The notes below the pieces were generated by a model. It worked only from the letters and a program-made list of their open reading frames with translations, made no database searches and was not told the DNA's origin. Position numbers and translations under genes: made by a program. A DNA stretch of 64,000 bases, from contig NIVC01000068.1 of assembly GCA_002269645.1 (NCBI GenBank), forward strand, positions 496,001 through 560,000, written 5' to 3'. Positions 47,401 through 60,445 of this stretch are shown here, one piece after another. Numbering within the stretch: the first letter of the stretch is position 1; the number at the start of each line of letters is the position of its first letter. The stretch is from Macrostomum lignano (Eukaryota).

Positions 47401-49467
47401 CCGCGGAAGTAATAGCGGCACTGGTCGCCCGGGCGGTAGTTCTGGGGTGCCGGGGGAGAAGAACTGGCCGGACATGCCCGCTGAGCTGCGGAACTCGCGG
47501 TCGCATGCGGAGCCGGGCATCTGGTGCCCGCTGGACTGGTACTGGGCTGCGGGGTGATTGCAGAGGGTGTACAAGATTAAACTGGTACTGGTACTGGGCT
47601 GCGGGGTGGTTGCAGAGGATGTACAAGATTAAACTGGTACTGGTACTGGGCTGCGGGGTGGTTGCAGAGGGGGTACAAGATTAAACTGGTACTGGTACTG
47701 GGCTGCGGGGTGGTTGCAGAGGGGGTACAAGATTAGACTGGTACTGGTACTGGGCTGCGGGGTGGTTGCAGAGGGGGTACAAGATTAGACTGGTACTGGT
47801 ACTGGGCTGCGGGGTGGTTGCAGAGGGGGTACAAGATTAGACTGGTACTGTTACTGGGCTGCGGGGTGGTTGCAGAGGGGGTACAAGATTAAACTGGTAC
47901 TGGTACTGGGCTGCGGGGTGGTTGCAGAGGGGGTACAAGATTAAACTGGTACTGGTACTGGGCTGCGGGGTGGTTGCAGAGGGGGTACAAGATTAAACTG
48001 GTACTGGTACTGGGCTGCGGGGTGGTTGCAGAGGGGTACAAGATTAAACTGGTACTGGTACTGGGCTGCGGGGTGGTTGCAGAGGGGGTACAAGATTAAA
48101 CTGGTACTGGTACTGGGCTGCGGGGTGGTTGCAGAGGAACAGAGAAAAGCAAAGAAAAATTCACTGCATTCAGGCCAGATCTGAATGGCGTCCCTCCGCC
48201 AGGGCGGATCGTTAACCGTTGCAGCGGAAATGCCAATCATTTCAAATCAGATAAAAAAATGAGTTTCTTTTTCTATCTGTCCAGCACGCGATGATTTGCA
48301 TTGGCGGCCAAATTCTCAATCACAAAAGCTCAAAATAATTTATTCACGGACTGGCAGCTGTTAATCCGATGACACACAAAAAATCTCATTCGAATTTATT
48401 TTGCTGCGCTTCTGTGCTGTCGAATTTTATTATTTTGTTTTGACGGAGAGAAAAAATGTTCATTTCTAGGAAAGAAGAAATATTGTAACTGCTAGCAGAG
48501 CCTCTTCTCGTAATTTCTATGAAATATAATTTTAGAATCCGTGTTGCCATCAATATTCATTTTTAAGCCACTTCTTAGAAAGGACGATTCTTAGAAAATC
48601 AAAGACGATTTTTGAAACTATGCACAATTTCTTTGATTTTTACTGAGATTTAAAGAACGCCGTTTCTTGGATAATTCATTGTTTCGATCGATTCTATTTC
48701 CTGGAAAGCTGAACTGATAAAGAACGAGGATTTTCGAGTCGTACGATTTCCTAGAAAGGCTTAGAAGTCGTGGGTTTTTATCTGTCTGCTTCAGTCAGTT
48801 CACTCTGCTTTTTCGTCCATTTCTCCATCGTAACTGCAAATCCTAATGGAAAATGCCATACTTTATGCATAATCCTTCTAATCCATGCAGTTTTAGTAAT
48901 CCACCCACCCTAGTTTACAATAAATAGGAAGATATTATAGTGTAGCAGGAAACATGTTTAGGCTCCGGATGGGAGCGCATCTGCACAGATGATGACACAA
49001 ATAATTCCCCGATCCCCTGTTGGGATTTCAAAAAAAGGGGATTTCAAGAGCCTCTCTTGAGTTTTTTTCAAGCTCACGGGGGAGTAAAGCTGTCTGGCTG
49101 TTTGGCAGTTCATCAAACATTTTTTCTGCAGATGATGAATGACAAAATATTGCTGACAACTCAGCAGGGCAGAATGATGAATTGCTGAGGCAGGCAGCAA
49201 GCAGTCATGCATTATATGTCCATGAGTTTCCACCTGCTGCCGCTTGACGAGTTACTAATACTAACAAACAAACAAACTAACTGACTAACTAACTGACTGA
49301 CTAACTAACTAACTAACTAACTGACTGACTGACTAACTAACTGACTGACTAACTAACTAACTAACTAACTAACTGACTGACTAACTAACTAACTAACTGA
49401 CTAACTAACTAACTAACTAACTAACTGACTGACTAACTAACTAACTGACTAACTAACTGACTAACTG

Positions 49468-49498
<31 letters not shown>

Positions 49499-49539
49499 GA
49501 CTGACTAACTAACTAACTGACTAACTAACTGACTAACTG

Positions 49540-49619
<80 letters not shown>

Positions 49620-52600
49620 GCTAACTAACTAACTAACTCACCAACTAACTAACTAACTAGCTAGCTAACTAAGAGTCTGACTCACCAGCCTTCTCAAATC
49701 CAAACGTGCCTCTGAAGCCTCTGAACAAGTTAACGGAGGCCCGAGTCTGATAGGGCCAGCTCATCTTCGCGTGCATCTCCAGCATCAGAATTTTTGTGGA
49801 CGAATAAAATTTTGTCTGCGGCAGCTGCCGGCCGCACATTTGGTAGCTGGGCGGATCCTCGGAACTCAATTCGGCCACCGCAGAGTCCAGGTAAAGTCTC
49901 ACGTAGTCGTGGCAGCTGAGAAATGGAATTTTGATTATCTTTAATTAATCCTTTTGGGACTTGTGATTAGGCCTTTGACTCAGACTAATTAGACGAATGA
50001 ATTAATCAAGACGCTATAATTACAAGAAACAAAAATTCGATGCTATTGTCGTAATAACCTACCTTTATAAACTTATTTACTCAACATATCGGCTAATAAA
50101 CTTATCAAGATAGCGGAGGTACAAAAGATTGTAACTATGAAAGTCCTTGATGAAATAACTTGACCCTGTCTCATAAAGCAAAATTATGAAAATTTTCATT
50201 ACGGCAAAAATAGCAGTGCAACATCCGAACAAAATGACTGGGGTTCGAGTCCGGGACCTACTCGTCAAAAGAACTCAAATTAGTCTCAAATTTTCGAAGC
50301 TGAGGCACGTTTTTTCTCTTCAACTGATTGAAGGAGCAGTTTGAACTCAGCTTGTCATGCACCTGGCTGCCTCAGATCTCCCCCCCCCCCAGACAGACAG
50401 CTGGGTTAATCAGGATAATTTCCCCGTTATTAAATCCGATTTGTCTCAGCTTGTTGAGTTGCTTAATCCAGCATCGAGCTGAGTCCTTATCGATGCATGC
50501 ACTGATCAGTGCTATGAAATAAACCGTCTGTAATTTGATGATACCAACTGATCGTGTTAGCATTGCAGTACTTTTGCGGTTAGTAGACTGATACTAAAGC
50601 AGAGAAAAGGGTTTAGGGGATAAGAGAGTTACAGTGAGAGTGACACAGAGAAAGGCACACAGAGAGTGACACAGAGAGTGATACACAGAGTGACACAGAA
50701 TGATATAGAGATTGGCACAGAGAGTGAGACAAAGCGAGATACAGAGAGTGAGACAGAGTGAGACAGAGAGTGATACACAGAGTGACACAGAATGATATAG
50801 AGATTGGCACAGAGAGTGAGACAAAGCGAGATACAGAGAGTGAGACAGAGTGAGACAGAGAGTGATACACAGAGTGACACAGAATGATATAGAGATTGGC
50901 ACAGAGAGTGAGACAAAGCGAGATACAGAGAGTGAGACAGAGTGAGACAGAGAGTGATACACAGAGAGTGACACAGAGAGTGACACAGAGAGTGACACAG
51001 AGAGTGAGACAGAGTGAGACAGAGAGTGATACACAGAGAGTGACACAGAGAGTGACACAGAGAGTGACACAGAGAGTGACACAGAGAGTTAGACAAAGAG
51101 AGATACAGAGAGTGACACAGAGAGTGACACAGAGAGTGACACAGAGTAAGACAGAGAGTGACACAGAGAGTGACACAGAGAGTTAGACAAAGAGAGATAC
51201 AGAGAGTGACACAGAGAGTGACACAGAGAGTGACACAGAGAGTGACACAGAGAGTTAGACAAAGAGAGATATAGAGAGTGACACAAAGAGTGATACAAAG
51301 GGTGATACAGAGAGTGAGACAGAGAGTGACGCAGAAAGTGACACAGAGAGTGATGCAGAGTGACGCAGAAACACTCTCCGATATGAGGTACAAAGAAGGC
51401 ATTTTATAATGAGAGGATTAGTAGCACTTACCGATTGTTAATAGTTGGCTTCAAGTCGAACTCTTCAAATTTTAGTCGGACAATTTCGTCCGGTTGAGCG
51501 GTGAACACAAAGATGAGGCAGTTCAGCTCCATGGGGTAGGGGGTTGGGAACTGAGGCGACTGGAAGGTTCCCGACTTCCTCAGGTCCGAGCTTCGGAAGG
51601 CGAAGCAGTGGCAGCCTGGGAATGCAGCGGAATGAGCTTTGACCAGTTGAAATGTTTGAAGTCAACCTCCCTGATCCTTCAGGGTCTCTCGGCTACCCCC
51701 TCCCTGATCCTTCAGGGTCTCTCTACTAACCCTCCCTGATCCTTCAGGGTCTCTCTGCTACCCCCTCCCTGATCCTTCAGGGTCTCTCTGCTACCCCCTC
51801 CCTGATCCTTCAGGGCCTCTCTGCTACCCCCTCCCTGATCCTTCAGGGTCTCTCGGCTACCCCCTCCCTGATCCTTCAGGGTCTCTCTACGAACCCTCCC
51901 TGATCCTTCAGGATCTCTCTACGAACCCTCCCTGATCCTTCAGGGTCTCTCTACTAACTCTCCCTGATCCTTCAGGGCCTCTCTGCTAACCCTCCCTGAT
52001 ACTTCGGGGTCTCTCTACTAACCCTCCCTGATCCTTCAGGGTCTCTACTAGCCCTCCCTGATCCTTCAGGGTCTCTCTGCTACCCCCTCCCTGATCCTTC
52101 AGGGTCTCTCTGCTACCCCCTCCCTGATCCTTCAGGGCCTCTCTGCTACCCCCTCCCTGATCCTTCAGGGTCTCTCGGCTACCCCCTCCCTGATCCTTCA
52201 GGGTCTCTCTACGAACCCTCCCTGATCATTCAGGGTCTCTCTACGAACCCTCCCTGATCCTTCAGGGTCTCTCTACTAACCCTCCCTGATCCTTCAGGGT
52301 CTCTCTGCTAACCCTCCCTGATACTTCGGGGTCTCTCTACTAACCTTCCATGATCCCTCCAGGTCTCTCTGCTAACCCTCCCTGATCCTTCAGGGCCTCT
52401 CTGCTAACCCTCCCTGATACTTCGGGGTCTCTCTACTAACCCTCCCTGATCCTTCAGGGTCTCTACTAGCCCTTCCTGATCCTTCAGGGTCTCTCTGCTA
52501 CCCCCTTCCTGATCCTTCCGGGTCTCATATCTCATCTCCCACGTCGTAAAAATTCAAATTGCTATCAATATTTGCGAAATCCTAATCAGCCAACCTAATG

Positions 52601-53149
52601 AAGGACTTAATCAACTTTGTAAAACTACGAGTACAACGAAAGTGAACTGGGTGTCCCAATGCTTGTTGACCTGACCCCTACAGCACAGATAATCAATATT
52701 TGACATGCTAAATTACTCGTATTGTAGTTTAGCGTTGAACTGGTCGCTAGCAAATTGTTTTTCTTGCAATTATAGCATTAGGGCTGCTGAGCACAGTAGC
52801 ACGGCAGGGTCGAACGAATTAGTGGTGGAGGACAGGAAGTGCTGAAACACACATTGCTCTTCCCCTGTGGCTCACACTCCATCTCTACATCGCGTGCAGC
52901 TCAAACACTGAGCAGGCCAATTGCGGAATTGGAAAGCAGCAATTGCTAAAGCTGGCATCTCCATGGATTGGGGCAGAGGACTCTGTTTAACAGGGCGGTG
53001 GAAGCAAGATAATTGAGTTGAAGGAAGGCTGGCTGACCCGGCTAATTAGAGGAGCTTAGTGAGCGGCGCTGAGTACCTTTCAGCGGCGAGGCCCATTTGC
53101 GCACCAATTTTCCTGGCTGGATGAGTTGCACAGATGTCAGGGAAAGTTC

Positions 53150-53235
<86 letters not shown>

Positions 53236-53236
53236 A

Positions 53237-53326
<90 letters not shown>

Positions 53327-53544
53327 GTTGCTCGCACTCTTTTGCACTACTTGAGTAGTCTGATTTTCGTTCGGCATGGCTGGTTCCAGCAGGTAGTTCC
53401 TCTGGATAAAAGCGCTTACCGCGCCCATTGGCTTTCCAGCTGCCTTAATCGTTTCCGGTGATCTTGTGTGCGTGCTTTCAGCTTGATTGGCTGCGGCAAG
53501 CAAGCTCGAAAGAGCTCGCTTCGCTCGCTCTTTCTCGCTATCTA

Positions 53545-53580
<36 letters not shown>

Positions 53581-55384
53581 TTGGTAACTGGATTTGCGGT
53601 GGCACAGAAAAGACAATTTGGGGGTTTTCTGACAGCTGTTTTTGTAACAAAATTAGCTACATAGAAATCGATTCAGCTCTCGAACGGAAAAGCGCCAATA
53701 TAGCCTCCATAGTGGCTTCATCTCATATCGGCTTAAAAACATTGGAGCTGCCATGGCTCGTAAAACCCGCCACCCCCAGTCCGACTCTGCGCCCCACCCA
53801 GCCAACCCTCACAGCCGGTGACGGGAGTGGCAATGAAGAAAATTATCTCCCAATCTAACAGACTATGAATTATTAATTTGTTTCAGTCATCCCCGGGCCC
53901 CTCCTCGTACAGGCGGCAAAGCAGCCACAATGCTACTTAAATATAGCAAACATTTTCTGTTGCCTAAGTGTGCACAGCTAGAAGTAGATGAAACTAGATT
54001 AAGTAAACAACCAGGCGTAGATATAGATAAAGCAGACAACAAGATAGAGGTAGACAGGGTGATATAAGTAGACAAGTAGATAGTAGGTAGGGAGATAGAA
54101 GTAGACAAACTAGATAGTAGGTAGGGAGATAGCAGTAGACAAAGTAGATAGTAGGTAGGTAGGGAGACAGAAGTAGACAAAGTAGATAGTAGGTAGATAG
54201 GGAGATAGAAGTAGACAAAGTAGATAGTAGGTAGGGAGATAGAAGTAGACAAAGTAGATAGTAGATAGGGAGATAGAAGTAGACAAAGTAGATAGTAGGT
54301 AGGGAAGTAGATTGTGAGACAGAAGCTTAAAACTCCCATCTTCGCTTCCCCTCTCCCCAACTCTCTTCTTCCCAGCCATCCAGCTATCAATCACTTGGAG
54401 GTTCCCTGCAGCACACGCGGAGACATCGGGGAGTTGCGTGACGCAAAACTCAAGTTTTGGCAAACTTCTGCCAGACCCCCCATCATGACCATGCGGCTTA
54501 GCCTAGTAGATACTGGAGGCGAAATGCAAATGGAGATTATTTCTGGTAATCTAATTTCTGCTTGACAAAAATTTATATGCTTGCGCTATAAGTGCTGCTG
54601 GTGACTGGCGTCTGTTTTTTAATGGGGACAGCTCTCAGTGGCGCCATTCTTCAGAGTGGCGCCTTTTAGCGGCTCCAGAAAAGATCTACAGTATGTATGC
54701 CTTGTGGGGATCTGGGTGTCTCCAGGTGGGGATCTGGGTGTCTCCAGGTGGGGATCTGGGTGTCTCCAGGTGGGGATCTGGGTGTCTCCAGGTGGGGATC
54801 TGGGTGTCTCCAGGTGGGGATCTGGGTGTCTCCAGGTGGGGATCTGGGTGTCTCCAGGTGGGGATCTGGGTGTCTCCAGGTGGGGATCTGAGTGTCTCCA
54901 GGTGGGGATCTGGGTGTCTCCAGGTGGGGATCTGGGTGTCTCCAGGTGGGGATCTGGGTGTCTCCAGGTGGGGATCTGGGTGTCTCCAGGTGGGGATCTG
55001 GGTGTCTCCAGGTGGGGATCTGGGTGTCTCCAGGTGAGGATTGGAGTGTTTCCAGGTGGGTATTTGGGTGCCTCCAGTTGGATGTCTTTTTCTCTTCATT
55101 TGGGGATCCGGCTGTCTCCAGGTGGGGATCTGGATGTCTTCAGTTGGCGATCAGAGTATCTCAAGTTAGGGATCTGTGTCTTCAGATGGGGGATCTGAGT
55201 GTCTCTAAATAGTGATGTGGGGTGTCTACAGGTACATGTACGTGCTGAGATGAATATTAAAACGGCAATGAAGAGCTTACAATGAAAAACTCATCCCCGA
55301 GTTAAAATCCTCACCTGGCTGCACGCAGTTGACAATTTGCAGGTGCAAGCAGAGCAGAAGAAGCAGCAAGCAGCAATTAGTCAT
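38429..55384 (-). CDS. sol-1: Multi-CUB-domain secreted or membrane protein, SOL-1 (suppressor of lurcher)-like. Exons 55384-55315, 51615-51432, 49915-49686, 47546-46982, 46733-46505, 44811-43958, 42693-42477, 41778-41567, about 38618-38429
   Basis: Signal peptide [23 protein letters not shown]|GCHCF; five CUB repeats ([14 protein letters not shown]; SGQFFSPG; [14 protein letters not shown]; [13 protein letters not shown]; [14 protein letters not shown]) with [24 protein letters not shown] ends. Phases are consistent except a frameshift at 47443-47450 and the last junction. The sol-1 orthology is inferred from architecture. Confidence 0.82.
38635..41500. repeat. Intronic minisatellite, 19-21-nt CACTGTATCT(C/A)CTGACACC(C/T), about 2.9 kb
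   Basis: Last SOL-1-like intron; 1135-bp higher-order duplication. Confidence 0.96.
41815..42475. repeat. Intronic array, 30-nt CCCCATTGTAGCTAAATACTCCTTTTAATA grading to an 18-nt form
   Basis: SOL-1-like intron 41779-42476. Confidence 0.93.
42725..43915. repeat. Intronic array, 19-nt GAGACACTGAGATCTTAAT with a diverged half
   Basis: SOL-1-like intron 42694-43957; 115-bp higher-order period near 43219-43449. Confidence 0.94.
44851..46345. repeat. Intronic array, 15-nt GGGATCTGGGGAGTA
   Basis: SOL-1-like intron 44812-46504. Confidence 0.96.
47537..48135. repeat. 52-nt tandem array containing the SOL-1-like 3' splice site
   Basis: 12 copies of (minus) CCCCGCAG|CCCAGTAC. Confidence 0.94.
49260..49670. 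repeat. (CTAA/CTGA)n microsatellite
   Basis: Adjacent to the SOL-1-like donor at 49685. Confidence 0.95.
50630..51360. repeat. Intronic array, 12-nt AGAGTGACACAG
   Basis: SOL-1-like intron 49916-51431. Confidence 0.92.
51666..52520. repeat. Intronic array, 32-nt CCCTCCCTGATCCTTCAGGGTCTCTCTACTAA
   Basis: SOL-1-like intron 1. Confidence 0.94.
53150..55036. repeat. Arrays in SOL-1-like intron 1: (TATC)n 53150-53325 and 53545-53580, 34-nt AGTAGACAAAGTAGATAGTAGGTAGGGAGATAGA 54065-54305, 22-nt GGGGATCTGGGTGTCTCCAGGT 54706-55036
   Basis: Direct inspection. Confidence 0.9.
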
Positions 55385-55847
55385 GCTTCAACTCTCGGCA
55401 CAAAAGGAGAATTAGCGTCGGTTTCTAACTACTGGCTGGAAAATTCCGGAGAATGAAATCGGCAGAAAAAATGCCATCCGGGTATTTTAAACAATGAAAC
55501 TCTGTCTCGGGGCCGTTTTTTATCTGCATAAGCTCTGGGGATCAGAGCGACACCCACCTCAACTGGAGAATCGATTTGGGAGCTGATTGGACAGTTTGAT
55601 TGGACTGATTGGATCAGGCGTTATTGCTCTGCCCTGTGCCGGATGAGGAAGAGATGAGAAGCAGTCACTGGGGGGCAATCGGGTAACAGACCGACATGAC
55701 GAGGAGAGAGACAGAAAGAGAAGGGAACAATCCGACAACAGAGTTTTCTGGTTGGTGCAAATGAATAAAATAATGAAATACACTGCCAAAAAGGAGTTTT
55801 TGAATGATAGATACATTGAAGCGGATAGTGAGTATATTCAATTAGAA

Positions 55848-58800
55848 AATGGATAATGGATAGATTCAATTGGATATTGGATAATGGATAGATTCAATTA
55901 GATAATGGATAGATTCAATTGGATATTGGATAATGGATAGATTCAATTGGATATTCCAGATAATGGATAGATTCCATTGGATAATGGATAGCTTTCATTG
56001 GATAATGGATAGATTCAATTGGATAATGGATAGATTCAATTAGATAATAGATAGATTCCATTGGACAACGGATAGATTCAATTGGATAATGGATAGATTC
56101 CATTGGATAATGGATCGATTCAATTAGATAATGGATAGATTCAATTGGATAATGGATAGATTCAATTAGACAATGGATAGATTCAATTAGACAATGGATA
56201 GTTTCAATTAGATAATGGATAGATTCAATTGGATAATGGATAGATTCAATTGGATAATGGATAGTTTCAATTAGATAATGGATAGTTTCAATTAGATAAT
56301 GGATAGATTCAATTAGATAATGGATAGATTCAATTGGATAATGGATAGATTCCATTGGACAATGGATAGATTCAATTAGATAATGGATAGATTCAATTGG
56401 ATATTGGATAGATTCCATTGGATAATGGATAGATTTAATTAGATAATGGATAGATTCAATTGGATATTGGATAGATTCCATTGGACAATGGATAGATTCA
56501 ATTAGATAATGGATAGATTCAATTGGATAATGGATAGATTCCATTGGACAATGGATAGATTCAATTAGATAATGGATAGATTCAATTGGATATTGGATAG
56601 TTTCAATTGGATATTGGATAGTTTCAATTAGATAATGGATAGTTTCAATTGGATATTGGATAGTTTCAATTGGATATTGGATAGATTCAATTAGACAATG
56701 GATAGTTTCAATTAGATAATGGATAGATTCAATTAGATAATGGATAGATTCAATTGGATATTGGATAATGGATAGATTCAATTAGACAATGGATAGTTTC
56801 AATTAGATAATGGATAGATTCAATTGGATATTGGATAATGGATAGATTCAATTGGATATTCCAGATAATGGATAGATTCCATTGGATAATGGATAGCTTT
56901 CATTGGATAATGGATAGATTCAATTGGATAATGGATAGATTCAATTAGATAATAGATAGATTCCATTGGACAACGGATAGATTCAATTGGATAATGGATA
57001 GATTCCATTGGACAATGGATAGTTTCAATTGGATAATGGATAGATTCCATTGGATAATGGATAGTTTTAATTAGATAATGGATAGATTCAATTAGATAAT
57101 GGATAGATTCAATTGGATAATGGATAGATTCCATTGGATAATGGATAGATTTAATTAGATAATGGATAGATTCAATTGGATATTGGATAGATTCCATTGG
57201 ACAATGGATAGATTCAATTAGATAATGGATAGATTCAATTGGATAATGGATAGATTCCATTGGACAATGGATAGATTCAATTAGATAATGGATAGATTCA
57301 ATTGGATATTGGATAGTTTTAATTGGATATTGGATAGTTTTAATTAGATAATGGATAGTTTCAATTGGATATTGGATAGTTTCAATTGGATATTGGATAG
57401 ATTCAATTAGATAATGGATAGTTTCAATTAGATAATGGATAGTTTCAATTAGATAATGGATAGATTCAATTAGATAATGGATAGATTCAATTGGATATTG
57501 GATAGTTTCAATTGGATATTGGATAGTTTCAATTAGATAATGGATAGTTTCAATTGGATATTGGATAGTTTCAATTGGACATTGGATAGATTCAATTGGA
57601 TAATGGATAGTTTCAATTAGATAATGGATAGTTTCAATTAGATAATGGATAGATTCAATTAGATAATGGATAGATTCAATTGGATATTGGATAGATTCCA
57701 TTGGACAATGGATAGATTCAATTAGATAATGGATAGATTCAATTGGATAATGGATAGATTCCATTGGATAATGGATAGATTCAATTGGATAATGGATCGA
57801 TTCAATTAGATAATGGATAGATTCAATTAGATAATGGATAGATTCAATTAGACAATGGATAGATTCAATTAGACAATGGATAGATTCAATTAGATAATGG
57901 ATAGATTCAATTGGATAATGGATAGATTCCATTGGATAATGGATAGATTCAATTGGATAATGGATCGATTCAATTAGATAATGGATAGATTCAATTAGAT
58001 AATGGATAGATTCAATTAGACAATGGATAGATTCAATTAGACAATGGATAGTTTCAATTGGATAATGGATAGATTCAATTGGATAATGGATAGATTCAAT
58101 TGGATAATGGATAGTTTCAATTAGATAATGGATAGTTTCAATTAGATAATGGATAGATTCAATTAGATAATGGATAGATTCAATTGGATAATGGATAGAT
58201 TCCATTGGACAATGGATAGATTCAATTAGATAATGGATAGATTCAATTGGATATTGGATAGTTTCAATTGGATATTGGATAGTTTCAATTAGATAATGGA
58301 TAGTTTCAATTGGATATTGGATAGTTTCAATTGGATATTGGATAGATTCAATTAGATAATGGATAGTTTCAATTAGATAATGGATAGTTTCAATTAGATA
58401 ATGGATAGATTCAATTAGATAATGGATAGATTCAATTGGATAATGGATAGATTCCATTGGACAATGGATAGATTCAATTAGATAATGGATAGATTCAATT
58501 GGATATTGGATAGTTTCAATTGGATATTGGATAGTTTCAATTAGATAATGGATAGTTTCAATTGGATATTGGATAGTTTCAATTGGATATTGGATAGATT
58601 CAATTAGATAATGGATAGATTCAATTGGATAATGGATAGATTCAATTGGACAATGGATAGATTCCATTGGATAATGGATATATTCCATTGGATAATGGAT
58701 AGATTCCATTGGATATTGGATAGATTCCATTGGATAATGGATAGATTCAATTGGATAATGGATAGATTCCATTGGATAATGGATAGATTCAATTGGATAT

Positions 58801-59480
58801 TGGATAGATTCCATTGGACAATGGATAGATTCAATTAGATAATGGATAGATTCAATTGGATAATGGATAGATTCCATTGGATAATGGATAGATTCAATTA
58901 GATAATGGATAGATTCAATTAGATAATGGATAGATTCAATTAGATAATGGATAGATTCAATTAGACAATGGATAGATTCAATTGGATAATGGATAGATTC
59001 AATTAGACAATGGATAGTTTCAATTAGATAATGGATAGATTCAATTAGACAATGGATAGATTCAATTGGATAATGGATAGATTCAATTAGACAATGGATA
59101 GTTTCAATTAGATAATGGATAGATTCCATTGGATAATGGATAGATTCAATTGGATAATGGATATATTCAATGAGATAATGGATAGATTCCATTGGATAAT
59201 GGATAGATTCAATTGGATAATGGATATATTCAATGAGATACTGGATAGATTCCATTGGATAATGGATAGATTCAATTGGATAATGGATATATTCAATGAG
59301 ATAATGGATAGATTCCATTGGATAATGGATAGATTCAATTGGATAATGGATAGATTCCATTGGATATTGGATAGATTCCATTGGATATTGGATAGATTCA
59401 ATTCGATGATGGATAGATTCCATTGGATATTGGATAGATTCCATTGTATATTGGATAGATTCAATTCGATGATGGATGGA
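55848..59480. repeat. Satellite, 21-nt GATAGATTCAATTGGATAATG, about 3.6 kb
   Basis: Direct inspection; 905-bp higher-order duplication. Confidence 0.96.
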
Positions 59481-60445
59481 TTCGTGTCTATTATGGATAT
59501 ATTGCATTGGAAGTCAGGGAACCCAGTGGGAGTCAGATGAAGGCAAATCAGAGATCCACCAGTCGCGCAGTCACGCAACATTCCCTCGGAGATCAACGGC
59601 ACTAGAGAACAAAGGTAAGCCAGCTGAAAGATTCCAGCCCTGTGGAGGCGGTAATTGCACTTTAGCTTTAGTCTGGCCTCTGGGGTGGAATTTCATAAGC
59701 CTTGGGCTGGGGGACTCAGAACTGATGCCAACAGTAGGATGGAGCTGGTATTGCCTTCTCAATGGAGCATTTGTACAGCAGCAGCTATACATGTTATGGA
59801 CTGAGGCCTGACCCGTTCCTATTCAGCAGGAGCTGATGAGGCTCCCGCGCTGCGACCCAACCCTCTCGCAGACTCCCTCATACCACCAGCAGGCAGCACG
59901 GCTCTGCCCAATTATGGGCCGATAGGTCATCAGAACGCATGCATGGTAACAATAATTTATGATGAAGCTGTGTAATACAGCTACTGTGAGCCAAGGGGTC
60001 ATATAGTCTGAGTAGGCTGCACTAGCATATATATTACGCACTGTGTAACAATGCAATTATACTTTTATAACCGGTTATAAAAGTTTAGCTGTTGATTATA
60101 TTTTACGGTGAAGAGTTCGGTGATGATCGTAAAAAATGCATTTTATCGGCGTACATGTATTTATTCAGAGAAAAAATTAGTATTTTTTCTAATAATACCC
60201 CGTATTTTCAAGGTTAACTACCGCGGGGCATGTTAAAGTCACATTATTCCGGTGTTTGTTTATTTAAACAACAGCAATTGTGTAAAGAACATTTGATAGT
60301 ACAGTAATAATCAAACAAAAACCAAAAAAATAAAAATTAGCTACACGTACAGATTTTTTACGCTCGTAATTAACTAAAAAAGCTTCATGGCTGCTCCCGA
60401 CTACACATATACCTAATTAATTTCCCAATTAGGCAGAAAATAGTC

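Noticed and set aside
47537-48135. Regularly spaced repeats resembling a CRISPR array (also other 24-37-nt arrays)
   Set aside because: No unique spacers, no cas genes, eukaryotic intron context.
49260-49670. (TTAG)n as an interstitial telomere
   Set aside because: Unit is TTAG/TCAG, not TTAGGG; an ordinary microsatellite.
50236-50256. GGTTCGAGTCC B-box suggesting a tRNA
   Set aside because: No A-box, D-arm or acceptor stem found.
55915-59507. 895-aa and 288-aa IESIHYP-repeat ORFs
   Set aside because: Stop-free phase of a 21-nt satellite; no splice or homology support.
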